64,000 nucleotides of DNA. Source: the human T2T-CHM13v2.0 reference genome, Homo sapiens. Position numbers and translations under genes: made by a program. The notes beneath the pieces were generated by a model. That model was not told where the DNA came from. It made no database searches and saw only the letters and a program-made list of their open reading frames with translations. This document shows positions 30,031-45,711 of this stretch, in pieces. Each line of letters starts with the position of its first letter. Position 1 is the first letter of the stretch. Location: assembly GCF_009914755.1 (NCBI RefSeq), contig NC_060927.1, one strand, 5' to 3'.

Positions 30031-30315
30031 ACCAAGGAGGGAAAGTGTGGCTAAGGATGGCCTTCAACTGGTAGAAGTCAACATCAGTCAGCCTGGTGGG
30101 CTTGAGTTTGGGGGTGTGATCAGAGTCTGGTTGGAGGGACTGTCCCAGACCAGCTCCGTGCCTCTGTCTAGAAAGTCCAGAGGCATTCAGGAAGAGTGCA
30201 ACAGCCAAGCTGTGGGCTGCCGGAAGATCGTGATCCCCACACATTGTCCTGGTCTTGTGATTTGCTTTTTGGGGGAAGAAGGAACTTTGTACCAGAATAC
30301 TAAGAGATACTTTAA

Positions 30316-30747
<432 letters not shown>

Positions 30748-31429
30748 CAGAAATCATCTTAAAACATTCCCTCAACAACCCTTTACCTTGATACAACACC
30801 TCATAGTCACCAAAGCATTCTTACATCCTCAGCCCATGGGTTCCTCCTCCCCACATCAGCCCTGGAAGGCAGGCAGCTCAGAGATTATTAAACCATTTTA
30901 CAGATGAGGAAAATGAGACAAGCTTAGTGATGTTTGCAAGCCACATGGTTGGTGAGTCACGTTGGCTGCACTGTTAGATTTCAAGGCAGTGAGACCAGAA
31001 GGTAGCCTCGTATGGGGAGGGGTGGGATCTGGGTTGAGGCAGCCAAGGATTTGCATGAATTGGATGAGAGATCCCAGCTCCTCTGTGTCCAGAAAGTTTC
31101 ACCTTGAGTCACCTGCCTTTCCCTCCCCGGGACACCGCACCTTCCCAACAGAGCAGTGTTGAGTCAGCTCCCCTTTTTCTGCCTCTCCGAGGTACTCTCA
31201 GCCATGCCCTCCTTCTGGCTTTCGTAGGATCTGACTCAAGATCCACTTTAGGCAGGCAGTATCTGTGGAACCTTCTCGTGTAGGGCCCACCTGTAAACAA
31301 GAGGAGGTGTTTGGAAATTATTCATGAAAGAAGAACACCATGAACAGCATTTGACCTCTTCAGAGAAAAGAGATATGCAAGTTTATAGCGGTAGTGGCGA
31401 TAGTAATATCCAATGACATAACAACTTCA

Positions 31430-31640
31430 ACAATTACACTTGCATTTCTTCCAAAGAGCTTTAAGCATTTTCGAGTTTATTGGGCTATTTGATCTCATAA
31501 AAGTCCCACAAATGGGTAGTGCTGGTTATTATTATCATTTTATAGATGAGAAAACTGAGGCCCGGAAATATGTCAGTGATTGCCCAAGACCTCGCAGCGA
31601 GGGAGGAGGGAGGTAGGGCTGAGTCTGTTTCTTCACGTCT
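31430..31640 (+). mobile_element. MIR SINE relic
   Basis: 'attttatagatgagaaaactgaggccc...tgcccaag'. Confidence 0.8.
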
Positions 31641-32057
31641 CCAGGTGTTTCGTGTGTGGGACTCCCTCTTGGTGTCTGAATTCCTGTGAAGTAAGGTGTG
31701 GACAGAGGAGGTGGCTGGTGGCAGGCTCAGAGGATTTTTCTGCACATGGTCACTGAGAGACAGTGAGTCAGGCACCCTTATTTTGAGTTCGGTTTCCTCT
31801 TTCACTTCCCCAAACAATTTCTGGAGATGGAGTTCACTTGGCACCCGTTCTCAGATGATGAGCTGGGGGTATGTGCACAGCTGCCCCTGAAGGTTTTCGT
31901 GGTAGTGGTGATCTGGAAGGGGTGGATGCTCACATTCTTATCCTGAGACTCCTCCTGTTCTCCTGGTCTACCAATCCCCTCTCCAGGAGGGGGGTCCTTG
32001 CTAGCTCTGTCTGTTACCACGGCCTCCTCACTGTTTTTCTGACCTCAGTATCTTTCC

Positions 32058-32830
<773 letters not shown>

Positions 32831-32884
32831 TGGATGTTTGTGAAACTACAAAGACTGCAGGATTCGGCAATACCACTTGTGGGC

Positions 32885-32938
32885 ATGTGTGTGCGTGTGT
32901 GTGTCTGTACGTGTGTGTGTGTGTGCGTGTGTGTGTGT
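32885..32938. repeat. (TG)n microsatellite, imperfect
   Basis: Directly visible. Confidence 0.9.
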
Positions 32939-33655
32939 TGGTATGAGGAGTGAGCACAGCTACATAAACAATTGTATGTCAGAAAGGGATGAGACACTTA
33001 CTAGGTTTAGAGTGTGTCAATCACTTCAGTTCTGCCAATGAACAGAGAGCCAGATGTCTCTCTCCAAGGATAGAGAACACTCACAATAAAGACTATAAAC
33101 ACACTTGGGGGAAGAAAGAATGGAGAGAGGGAGGAAATGAACAAGTATGTATGGCTCATTTACTATAGTCCAGGCGCTGCGTTGGAGAGGAAATTTCATG
33201 TGAGCAGTGTGCTCACTTAACCCTCACCGTAGCCGAGAGGTAGGAATCTGCCCCTGTTTTGTGGTTGAGTACTGCTTTGGGCCAGGTTCTCAAAACGCAG
33301 GCTCTGGGTGTGCGGGGTAACTGGGAGCACTCATGGGCTGTCGGCATGCAGGGTAACTGGGAGCACTCACGGAGCAGCCCCGCTGGGGAGTCATGAAGGC
33401 AGGCTGGCACAGGAAAGGCTGAACGGCAGCGAGGCTGGTGTGCTGAAGCTTGGGTGGCCCTTTTAAGATGTGCCCCCATTGAGGCGATGGGATCCTTGTG
33501 CCCTCTGGGAGGGGGAAACCCAGGCAAGACGGCTCCCTTCAGCCAAGGGTGGTTCCTGGGGGGGACAGCACCCACTACACGTACACTGTGGATTAGAGAA
33601 ACGCGTGCCCCCGCCACATGCAGACTGTCAGCAAGTGGAAGGGGCAGGGATGGAA

Positions 33656-33944
33656 CTCCCTTCCACTAAGGGGGCTTCACCAGATTCTCCTGTTTCAAGG
33701 AGAAATAGAGTTTGGAAACCTCTCATTTTATAAACGAGGACACTGAGGCACAAAGCAGGGTGGTTGGTGCCTTGCCTAAAGTCATACAGATTTCATGTAA
33801 CAAATTGTGCTGGTTAGGTAGGGGAGGATGCAGAGCTCACAGCACAGGTGAATACCTCCATCGCAAAGGCTGAACCAAATGCCCCGTTAAATCAGGAGAC
33901 CTGCCTCTTTCAGCTTTGTTTTCTGAAGAAATCCCTTCCCAGGG
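33656..33944 (+). repeat. Inverted repeat, left arm (289 bp)
   Basis: Reverse complement of 35022-35310 with 7 mismatches (hand alignment). Confidence 0.97.
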
Positions 33945-34011
33945 GTTGAAGCCCTCAGGCTGTGTCCCGAGGCCTGGTGTGGCCTTCAGTCCATCTCCAG
34001 AAGACAGCATA

Positions 34012-34315
<304 letters not shown>

Positions 34316-34512
34316 GTCAGCCTGGTCACTCTTTGCCCATTGTGCACTGTCAGCTATGAGCGGAAGTCTGCACCTAGAAAGCTCCCAGGAAAAGAATGCT
34401 CTTCCCTCTTTCTGAAAGATTTCAGGTAGTTCTGGTATCAAATAATAGCAATGAGAAAGGCAGGTGTGGACTCTTTTGTTACTGATATTTTCTGTTACTG
34501 TCTGATTCTTAG

Positions 34513-34822
<310 letters not shown>

Positions 34823-35021
34823 TCTTACTTGTACTTTGGAAACATTGGTAGTGGGATCCAAGTGTGATCTTTAAAATAGTTAACAATCAGGTAAACCCCC
34901 AGGACACCGGCGTGGATGCTGGCAGTATGCTGCACCAGCGCATGCCCACTGAACATTACACCTGCTGGGCCCTAGAGGACAAGGTTGTGGTTCTCCCTGA
35001 GTGCCGCATGCTGGGGAAGAA

Positions 35022-35310
35022 CCCTGGGAAGGGATTTCTTCAGAAAACAAAGCTGAGAGAGGCAGATCTCTTGATTTAACGGGGCATTTGGTTCAGCCTT
35101 TGCGATGGAGGTATTCATCTGTGCTGTGAGCTCTGCATCCTCCCATACCTAGCCAGCACAATTTGTTACATGAAATCTGTATGACTTTAGGCAAGGCACC
35201 AACTACCCTGCTTTGTGCCTCAGTGTCCTCGTTTATAAAATGAGAGGTTTCCAAACTCTATTTCTCCTTGAAACAGGAGAATCTGGTGAAGCCCCCTTAG
35301 TGGAAGGGAG
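35022..35310 (-). repeat. Inverted repeat, right arm (289 bp)
   Basis: Reverse complement of 33656-33944; contains a MIR fragment (~35180-35245). Confidence 0.97.
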
Positions 35311-35440
35311 GCAAGTGGGCCGGGCGCAGGGCCCCCTCCCCTGCTTTAGCTGGAGCGGCTCTCTTGTATTTGTTTATGCCTCCATACGGTTTCACTTAAA
35401 CCCAGCATTCCTCAACTAAAAACAAAGCTTGGGAAGCGCC
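35243..35440 (-). mobile_element. MER103C-like hAT relic
   Basis: 'cctgctttagctggagcggctctcttgtatttgtttat...cggtttcactt...agcttgggaagc' resembles recalled MER103C antisense; terminus-like 'aggtttccaaact'. Confidence 0.5.
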
Positions 35441-36033
35441 GAGCTGCATGTGGTATCTGAGGGCCCCTACTCACGGCTCTGCCATGCTGAGCTGTGATTA
35501 GGCGAATGCGTGAGTGAACGAATGAATGAATGAACAGACTCTGTGTTCCTAGCTAACAGAGGCTGGTTCCTGGTCACACCTGTTCTTGGGACAGATGGCC
35601 AGCAGTCTTGGGTAGTTCAGAAATCTACACAGGGCTAGACTGGACGCTCTCCCGACATCCCATCAAGTGTAGGGTTCTGTCTGTCTCCGCTGTCGCCACT
35701 GACAAGGCCTCCTCCCTTTGGGCATCTCGGATGCCACCAGGTATGAAGTGGAAAGTCATCAGCGGCGAGTCGCCCTGTGTTTGTCTTCTTCGGCTCTCCC
35801 GATGTGTTGACTCAGCTGAAAAAAGATACTGACAACAGCACCCCGAGTCACCGGCAGGCTTGGCAGAAGATTCACTGGGTTTTCTCGGTGTGTGTCCCGG
35901 GGTGTGGCACCAGGTCTGGCTCACGTCAGTTTTCTTCCATCACAGGGAAAGGGCTTCCAGTTTTGGCCTTGTCCTCCCTCCCACCACCCCTACTTCCTCC
36001 CTTCCTTGCCTCCTTCCTTTCCTTCCTCTAAGG

Positions 36034-36198
36034 CAGTGGTTCTCAACCTTGGCTGCACGTTGAAATTGCCCAGGGAGACTTAAAAATTACTGATGCCCAA
36101 AGATTCTGATTTCATGGTTCGAGGTATGGCCTAGGAAATAGAGTTTTTTTAAAGTTCCCTAGGTGATTCTAATACGCAGCCAAGGTGGGGAACCACTG
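36034..36198. mobile_element. MER5A-type hAT MITE
   Basis: TIRs cagtggttctcaacc / ggggaaccactg; 8-bp TSD ctctaagg/gtctgagg; 'ttccctaggtgattctaat'. Confidence 0.9.
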
Positions 36199-37940
36199 GT
36201 CTGAGGACACGGAGTAGGGATCCTAATTTTAGCCTCAACCGTTTCCTAGTCTGCTGGGTTTGGAAAAGTGTGGGGCACAAATGTCTACTGGCAGTGGATG
36301 GAAGGAAAGGGAAGTAGAGAGAAACATACCTCACCCCCCATCCCACCTCACTACCCTGCGAGACTCAGGGAGGTCAGTCCTCTAGGGTGTCCAGTTGACA
36401 GCATATGACAGAGTGGAGAGGACACCCCAGGACACAGGGAGGCTCCTGTGTGCTGAGGGCATGAGGCCAACAGCCCTGTTCTGGAGCCTCAGGCACTGCA
36501 GTTTTGGGGTCTTCAAAAGGCAACGCCCTGGGTATGGGTGGCAGCGTTCCCACAGGGCAGGCCAGCAAACGAGGTGACCCTGGAGTGACTGTGGCAGCAC
36601 GACATCAGCGCAGAGCCGCGTGGGGAGAGGGACTCTCGCTGACAGTCCTGTTCACGAACACACGCGGGGCACTCCCAAGAGGTCCTCCAAGTCAGAGTAA
36701 GCCTACAGCAGACAGAAACAAGCACAGTGAATTCTGGTCATTTCACCGATGGGAGCCCATCTGGACCTATGGATGGTGAGGTCTGGGGTCACAGATACAA
36801 GCCACAGTCATGAAACAGTCTGGTGGTGGCAGCGGTGCAGTAAGGTCCAGCAGACGTTTGCCAGCCTCCTCCGATGTTGCCTCCTCGTTGGGTCAGCCGC
36901 CCTGAACAGTTTTCATTCCATATGTTCACCAGGCAGTCAGGGTCTTCTTGACGCTAGGCTTTTCTGCATGCATGTTCTCAATGTGGAGTATTTGCTTTAC
37001 TTCCTGTGCAAGTTTTCTCCCTTTTTGAAAAAATCACATTCTCTCCTAAATTAGAAAACCTCTTTAATTGTTAGCAGGAGCTGGGGTTCTGTTCCTTGCA
37101 TGGACAATATCATTAAACATCGGAAAATAAACAAACTGGAAAAGCTTAAGACATTTTCAAACTCTTTGCTTCCCAGAGGGCGTCTGGGGCCCCGGGTGGG
37201 ACAAGGTTCTGCTGGCCTGGGTTTATACTGTGTTGATAACTTGACCCCTCCAGCTGTGAGAAGCCACACTGACAGCAGGGTTGTTTTTCCTAAACTTCCC
37301 AGGACTGCAAACTTGTCTTGGGAGGCATAGGCACTGATTTGCACGGAGGTCTCCAGCGACTGCGCTGAGCTTCCTCCGGGGCGGAGCGCACGCTGGGAGG
37401 GGGCCGGTGGCTGTGGTGGCTGACGGCTGCTGTAAACCATCGCTGTCCTCCAGCATGACTACACAGGGCTGGGGAGGACAGGGGAGCTGTGGGAGGGGGC
37501 GGTGTGTGAGAACGTTTCTTTCTATCTTGCTGAAATGTGAGTCTAATGAAATGATGATGAGGTTGTGGCCTTTAAGCTCCATTGAGCTTCTTACGCATTG
37601 TAATTTTACCCAGAGTGGGTCCAGTTTTTGAAATGATTAAAACTATCGATTCCTAGGCCTGTTCAGCTTGAATCAGAATTCATTAGAGGCCCAGAGGTGA
37701 GGGATGTACATTTCTCCCTTGCTGAGCCAGGAAACAGACCCCATCTTGTGTGACTCTCCGGCTGGCGTGGCTGCCCCTGGTGGTGCTGGCAGACGGACCA
37801 GTAATAGGATCTGTCATCCGCAGAATAAGTCATGAAGGTCCCATCCATGAGTCCTAGCCCATTTTCTAGGGATTCTCCCTCATGTTTGAAGAGGGAGGTT
37901 CTCTATGTTTAATCTTGGCTCTATTTTCTTACAGGTATTA

Positions 37941-38790
<850 letters not shown>

Positions 38791-39149
38791 TTAAGGTCAC
38801 CTGATTCCCCGAGCTGGCGCCAGGGCTGCGGTGCACTGTGTTAGCTCTGAGAGGGGTGTCCCTGCCCACGCCAGCTCTGAATCTTGCAAGCCACTGCACC
38901 TTTTGAGAGTTGCTCCCGAACTGCCTCCTACACAGGTGGTTCCCAAGCGGTTCATATCAAGGTCCCTTTTATTATCACCCCCCCCTCCACCGCACCCCCA
39001 GCACCCGGGTTTGAAAGATCTGGCCTACCAAATGAACTGTAATTATGCAGTCATAATGACTCTATTTTCTCTCTCTCTTTTTTTTTTTTTTTATTAATAA
39101 AAGACATATGTGACACACCACTCAGAGCTTTCAGTGGGGAGAAAACGAG

Positions 39150-40020
39150 TTTCCCCCACTAGGTTAATAGAATTCCACCCAGAGGCAGACAGTTAGCAAA
39201 CCACCTTCTCGGGCTGTGGCTGGGAATCGCGCTACACTTGACAGCCCTTTCCATGGGCCTCCCCGGCCCGCCTGCCCTCGGCCCCGAAGTCAGGGGAGAC
39301 AGGGGCCATTTCAGCTGCTCGCGCTCGCTTGCCTTCCCGTCCCTGCCGGAGTCAGCAGACCCTGACTTCTGGAGAAGCGTTGCTGCGATGTGTCAGCTGC
39401 TCGGGGAGAGGCTGGAGTGATGGATTCCAAGAGCTGTCAGGAGAAAGGGTTTACGGTCAGTTAGGAACCGCGAGCTCCTGCCCGTGGAACTGCCGCTGGA
39501 ATTTTAATGCTCTGTCTCCCTGTGTCTGGGCACTTCCTTCCCTCCTGGCCCCGCTCTTCAGGCATATGGAACAGGGCTCATGTCGGAGGGTCCCTGGGGA
39601 GATCCCAGGGCTTCCCTGGGTCCCAGTGTCACGGCCGAAAGCCAGAGGTGCGGCTCCGACAGGATGCGGCCGGCCTTCCTGCTGCGCTGGGCCTTGGCCG
39701 GGGCCCTTTGGCGAGTCACTGTCCCGGGCTCTCTTCCCCTTCATGGCAGCAGCCAGGCCCTCCCTGCACAGGCCTTGAAGGGAGAGGAAAAATGGAACGC
39801 TAGCCTGGCTTCTTGACTTCCTTCAGGCAACGAATCCATCTTGAAGGCCCACTGTGTGCCAGGCGGGGATCCAGGAGCTGGGGAAGCAGACGCGGCCCCT
39901 GTCCTCATGGCACCTCTTCCGTGCGGTGCTCCACTCTCTCCCCCACGAAAGGTAGACACGGAACAGGAAAGGGAAAAGAGTGGAGGCCGCCAGGAGGAAG
40001 ATCTGCAGACCGGAAGGACC
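39150..40020. promoter_or_regulatory. CpG-rich, GC-rich segment (small CpG-island-like element)
   Basis: Visibly higher CpG density (atcgcgc, ctcgcgctcgc, accgcga, tgcggccggcc) than other non-Alu DNA in the window; not quantified. Confidence 0.55.
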
Positions 40021-40039
40021 TCAGCTAAGAGGAAATGAA

Positions 40040-40687
<648 letters not shown>

Positions 40688-41349
40688 ACTTATGCCCTTC
40701 CAGAAAAAAAAAAAAATTCCCCTCAATTTTCTTAAGCTGCTTGACATTCTGCTGTCATTCCAGAGCCATCCTGGCAGGAAAGCTTTCTGTTCTTTAAGAG
40801 TTGCCTCTGAAAATGCAATATTCCCACCCCCACCATCAAAGGGCTGCTGCTTAAATTACATCCCCTAAATCCTTAGTAGGAATGCAGTCTTCTGAGAAAC
40901 CGGGCCAAGAACTGGGGACCAGGGGAAACTCCAGAGGACATAGATGAACCCCACATGCTTTCCCACCCCTGCCTGGGCTGCGCCCCAGTGGGAGTTGTGC
41001 TGTGAGCGTCCTGTGGCCATTGTTAGCCACTCAGAAGTGGGATGGGGTGGAAGACCTTCCCACACAGGAAGGCGGGGCCATGTCTCTTGCTGTCTACTGT
41101 ATCCTCAGCACCTGGTGTTGAGACTGGCACCTAGTAGCTGTTCAATAAATGTTTACTGAATGACTGGAAGAAGGGTGCCTTTCTCTAGCCATTTCCTCAC
41201 CCAAGATGGCCTTTGACTATTCTAGAAGGGGCAGAAGGGAGGAGGAAAAAAACTCCTCTCCTCTCTGCTGAAGGCTTGCTCTGCCCCAGGCTCTCTGCTG
41301 TGGCCTTGTGAGGCGGGCACATGCATGTCCTCCCATCTCTTCTATGGCA

Positions 41350-41900
41350 CTTACTCCTGCCTCTGGCTCTGCCCACTGCCTCCTCTCCCCTCACCGTCTC
41401 CTCTGACCTCCTCACCTGGCCTCTTTCCCCACAACACCACTGAAACCACTCTGACGAAGGGCAGGGGTGATGTCCTGATGAAGCTGCTGGGAAACCCATT
41501 TTAGTCCTTACTGGTGGTGTTGGACCCTGTTGAATCCTTCTTTGTTCTTGCACCTCCTTCTTTCCTTGATACTATCCTCCCCTCATTCCCTGCACCTTCT
41601 GACCTTGGCTCATCTGTCCCCAAATCTACATTTCTTGCCTAAAAATTACTCTTAAGCATCAGACCCTCTACATCCGATGATTTTCACCTGGAGGTCCCAG
41701 AGGCAATGCATCCATGACCAAACTCAGCACCTTCCATCAGCTGTTTAATTATAATATCTGATTTTCTTCTCCTTCTCCTTCTTCTCCACTAGACTATGAG
41801 CAATCTGATGCTAGTCCCGATGTCTTGGTTATCTCTTGTGTATCCAGCACCCAAGGTAAGCTCCTGGCATATGGCGGGCATCCAGGAATGTTGAAAAATG
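41350..41900 (+). mobile_element. L2 LINE relic
   Basis: 'caccactgaaaccactctgacgaagg', 'ccactagactatgagc...tgtatccagcacc'. Confidence 0.6.
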
Positions 41901-43169
41901 ACCCGTACAACTTAGAAGATGCAGCCTCTACAGATCAGTTTCCTCGTTTTTCCCTGAAACTGCTCTCATCTGTTTCCCCGCAGGGAAGGAGCATCCCATG
42001 GCTACAACTCTGAAGCATCGAAATGGAACCTGTGAGAGTTCTTCACCCCACAGGGAACTCCTTCCACCAAACTTAGGGGAGCGAGAAAGGGGTTGTAAGG
42101 ACTTGCCTTTGTATCTCCCCACCCCCTGCACAGGGCTGGATTTGCATATGTTAATATGGAGAACTGCAACTATTTAATGAGAAGCAGTGGGCCACGTGGG
42201 TGAGCAGAATTCCTTAGAGTATTTTTTTCAGATGTCTTAATTCACTCTCTCTTTGTTGTATTTCAGCAGATCCAGGTATTTGCACTGAGTTGGTCCTGGT
42301 CCCCACTCCTGTCCCCCAAATCTCTGAAACCACAGATCTCATTAGATGCCAGGCTCAGCCTTGTGTTTGGAGGGTGATGGTGGGCGGAGTGCTCTGCCTA
42401 CCTGGAAGCAATGCCAGGATGGCTGGAGGTAGCCTACTCCAGGCCAAGGAGCCCCAGCCCAGAGGTTGGGCGGGGACGTGCCTGAGGGGGGTGGGGAGGA
42501 AAGGATAGAATTCCAAAGAGGAGAACCCTAGATGGAGAGAGCCCTCTGGGCTTTCAGCCCTTCATCTGGGTTCCACTAAAAACACATTTTGCGTGTTTCT
42601 GTTGTTCTTAAGTCTGGGTTTATTTCAAGGGGAAAGTTATAAAGAGACATCTCTCCCTTTATTTCAACAGCAGCTTGTGCTTGGGTAGATTCTCATTTGT
42701 CTGGTCTGTCCTGCCTGGAGGTAAAAGGAGTAGGTTGGGGTGGGGGTCCCAAGAGGCCCCAGGAGACCAAGGCCTCAGGCTGTGCTTGCCTCCAGTGTGT
42801 TAGACCAGTAGGTCTGTCACAGGTTCTGACCTTCCAGCTGATAGCAACACACACCGCCAGATGAGAGACTTGGGGGGTTGAGAATGAAAGGAAGGGACTT
42901 GGGGAAGCACAGAACAAGGAGAGGCCTGGTGAGGTGGCCCCACCTGGGAAACATCCACAGACAGACAGGCAAGTGACCATCCCCATGGCTGTTTGAGAGC
43001 CTTCCTCTCTGAACCCAGGGCAGCATCTGTCAGGTAGCCACCCAAGTGAGGCAGGGTTTTGCCCAGGTCGGAAGCCAGAGGTAGCATCCAGTCTCCCTAA
43101 GAATTCAGGTCCCAATCCAGTCTGAGAATCCCGAAGAGGACCCAGAGCCCTTGAATCAGTCCATACCTC

Positions 43170-43350
43170 AGAGACACAAAGAAGAAATGTCAGCGCTTGA
43201 AAGGCCCTTAGCCGTGTAACCCACTGCCCTCATTTCACAGATGAGGAAACAGGCCCAGGGAGGGAAAGCTCCTTGCCTAGGGCACACAGTGGGTCAGCGA
43301 TGGGCTGGTCCTGCAGCCCGGGCCTCAGTGTTCTCTGCACTTTTCTACTT
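43170..43350 (+). mobile_element. MIR SINE relic
   Basis: 'ctcatttcacagatgaggaaacaggcccagggaggg...ttgcctagggcacacag'. Confidence 0.8.
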
Positions 43351-43755
43351 TTCCACCCTGCTGCTTACAAGGGTAGGCAAATGGCCACGTCTCCACGGAG
43401 GGATCCAAGGGTGCTAATAAACATGCCCACTCATGGACTCACACGCATACGTGCACAGAACGTGTACACTGGCCCTCGGATCCCATCAGCTGAGCTTGCC
43501 AGGGCTCCCCCAGATATAACCTGGGTCTCTCCTCCAGGGTCATCTTGGGCATTCAGGCTCCAGGCAGATGTAGGACTCAGGACACCATGGTGGATGGTCC
43601 TGTCTGCACAGAGCTGGTGCCAGACACAAAGAGAACTTGAGGCCCAGCACCCAGGCCCTGGCCTTCACCCACCAGCGAGAAATTCTTGCAGAGCCCTCTC
43701 TTGCTCTGAGACGGGCCTCTGCAATGACTCAAGTCGACTTGCTTAAGAAGGACTT

Positions 43756-43774
43756 GATTGCCACCTGGTGGCCA
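43756..43774 (-). promoter_or_regulatory. Candidate CTCF site
   Basis: Minus strand reads TGGCCACCAGGTGGCAATC, matching the CTCF core CCASYAGRKGGC. Confidence 0.55.
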
Positions 43775-44129
43775 TATCTGACATCTCACCCCAGTATCAC
43801 AGTCCATTCATTTATCAAAGATGTATTGAGCCCCTGCTGTGAGCCAGGGAAGAAATATTTACTCTTGTTGAATGAATGAACATCCCCTACCCCCAAGAAG
43901 AGGTCAGTCCACTGTAGAAGACTGATATGCAAAGCAACAGTTACAATACAGGCTGATTAGTGTAATTATAGAGGTGAGCTTAGGATACAATGGAAGCTAA
44001 AATAAAAGGGAGGGGGAGTGGGAGAGGGTGTTAGTCCAGCTTCTATGTAAGGAGCCTAAGGAAGATTCCACCAGGGGCGTGGGTTGACATGCTTCCCGGG
44101 GTATGCATAAGCAATCAATAATTACATTC

Positions 44130-44300
44130 ATTTGTCTAAGAGTTTTCATTTTACCAAAAGATTGCACTTGCATTTCCCAGTTCATCCTCCCAGTAGCGCC
44201 ATGAAGTGTGTATAATTGTCCCCATTTTACAAAGGAGGACACTGAGGCTTGGAGGAGGTAAGTGATTTGCTCCATGTCACTGTCTGGTATTTGATGACTA
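44130..44300 (+). mobile_element. MIR SINE relic
   Basis: 'ccccattttacaaaggaggacactgaggcttggaggaggtaagtgatttgc'. Confidence 0.8.
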
Positions 44301-45415
44301 TAATTCCCAAACTACTCCCAACTGAATCAGACTCCCACGGGGAGGCGGGTGCACCAGGCGAGGGTTACAGATGGAGGTCGACTGCCTCTGCCACAGGAGA
44401 GTTGGCAAGTTGGGGGTTTGGATGGATAAGCAGCTCTCTCCCATCTCCCAGACAGTGGAGCACAGTTGAGCTCTGGAAGCAGCACAGTGATGCGTGGTGA
44501 GCCTCAGCCGGCGCAAATGCAAGCTGGAGGGTCCTGGGTTCAGTGGCTATGTCACAGCCTCATCACAGACCTGAAAATGGTGGGCATGAGAGGCAGACGT
44601 GTAATTTCCTCTTTACTACCGCCAGTCATGTGATTACAGCCGAGCTCAGGAGGGCCGGGTGAGCATTGCAGAAAGGCTGTAGCTAGATAGGATCCCTAGA
44701 GCCAGAGCAGGGTTGGGGAGTGCAACTCTAGGAAAAGCTTCATTTTCCACACCCACTCCACTCCCAAACATAAGCTGAAGGTCCCAGTGAACTCCGTTAA
44801 AGAAGAATGAAAAGTCTGATGCAGCTATTTAAAAACAGGCAGGCGTCAAGTGGCCAATGGCAGTCGAGTGCAGCCGGGGCAGCGCTCGGGAAAATCATCC
44901 ACCACCGTCAGCCCTGGAGAGGCAGACCTGGGGTTCCCCGCAGAAGCGGGTGCGGGTCCATGTAGGCTACCCCGTCATCTTTGTGCCACGGAGCTAGTTC
45001 ATCACGGGGCCTTGCTGATTCCTTCCCCAGCACGCCTCAACAATCCCGCTGCTCTCCTGAGACCCAAGCCCTTTCACTCTTTGCTTAGAAGCCCAGCTTT
45101 GTTTCCAAACTGTTTTCCCTTTCTCTTCTCCCTACAGCCTCCCTTGACAGGGCAGCTTTAGTGTCCGTGCTTCCCAGAACCAGTGCTGCATGCTCACCTG
45201 CTGGACTCCCCCAGGATGTATAGACATCTCATAAGAGTGGGGGCTGCCTCTGGGAAGGGACTGGAAAAAGGCTAAGGGGAAGGAGCTCGGGGGCTGGCAA
45301 GCCCGGATGCGACAAAGCACCGAGGTGGGCTTGAATGTGAGTGGCTGTGGTGGGTAGACAGGTGGGCTACTGTGCACGGGAAGTTTAGGTGAGGGAGGAT
45401 GTTAAGACTCTCCTG

Positions 45416-45711
45416 GGCTGGGTGCGGTGGCTTCACGCCTGCAATCCCAGCTCTTTGGGAGTCCAAGGCAGGCAGATCACTTGAGCCCAGGAGTTTGAGA
45501 CCAGCCCAGGCAACATGGTGAAACCTGTCTCTACAAAAAAATACAAAAAATTAACTGGGCATGGTGGTGCCTGCCTGTAGTCCCAGCCACTTGGGGTGGG
45601 TGGGTGGGGTGCTGAGGTGGGAGGATTGCTTGAGCCCAGGAGGTCAAGTCTGCAGGGAGTGGAGATCACACCACAGCACTCCAGCCTGGGCAACAGAGTG
45701 AGACCCTGTCT
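45416..45711 (+). mobile_element. Alu (AluJ), no poly-A tail, internal (GGGT)n insert
   Basis: AluJ diagnostics; ends at 'agaccctgtct' with no A-tail. Confidence 0.93.

Noticed and set aside
42245-42282. Possible 6-9 nt microexon (tttcag CAGATCCAG gtattt)
   Set aside because: Weak donor and no host gene evident.
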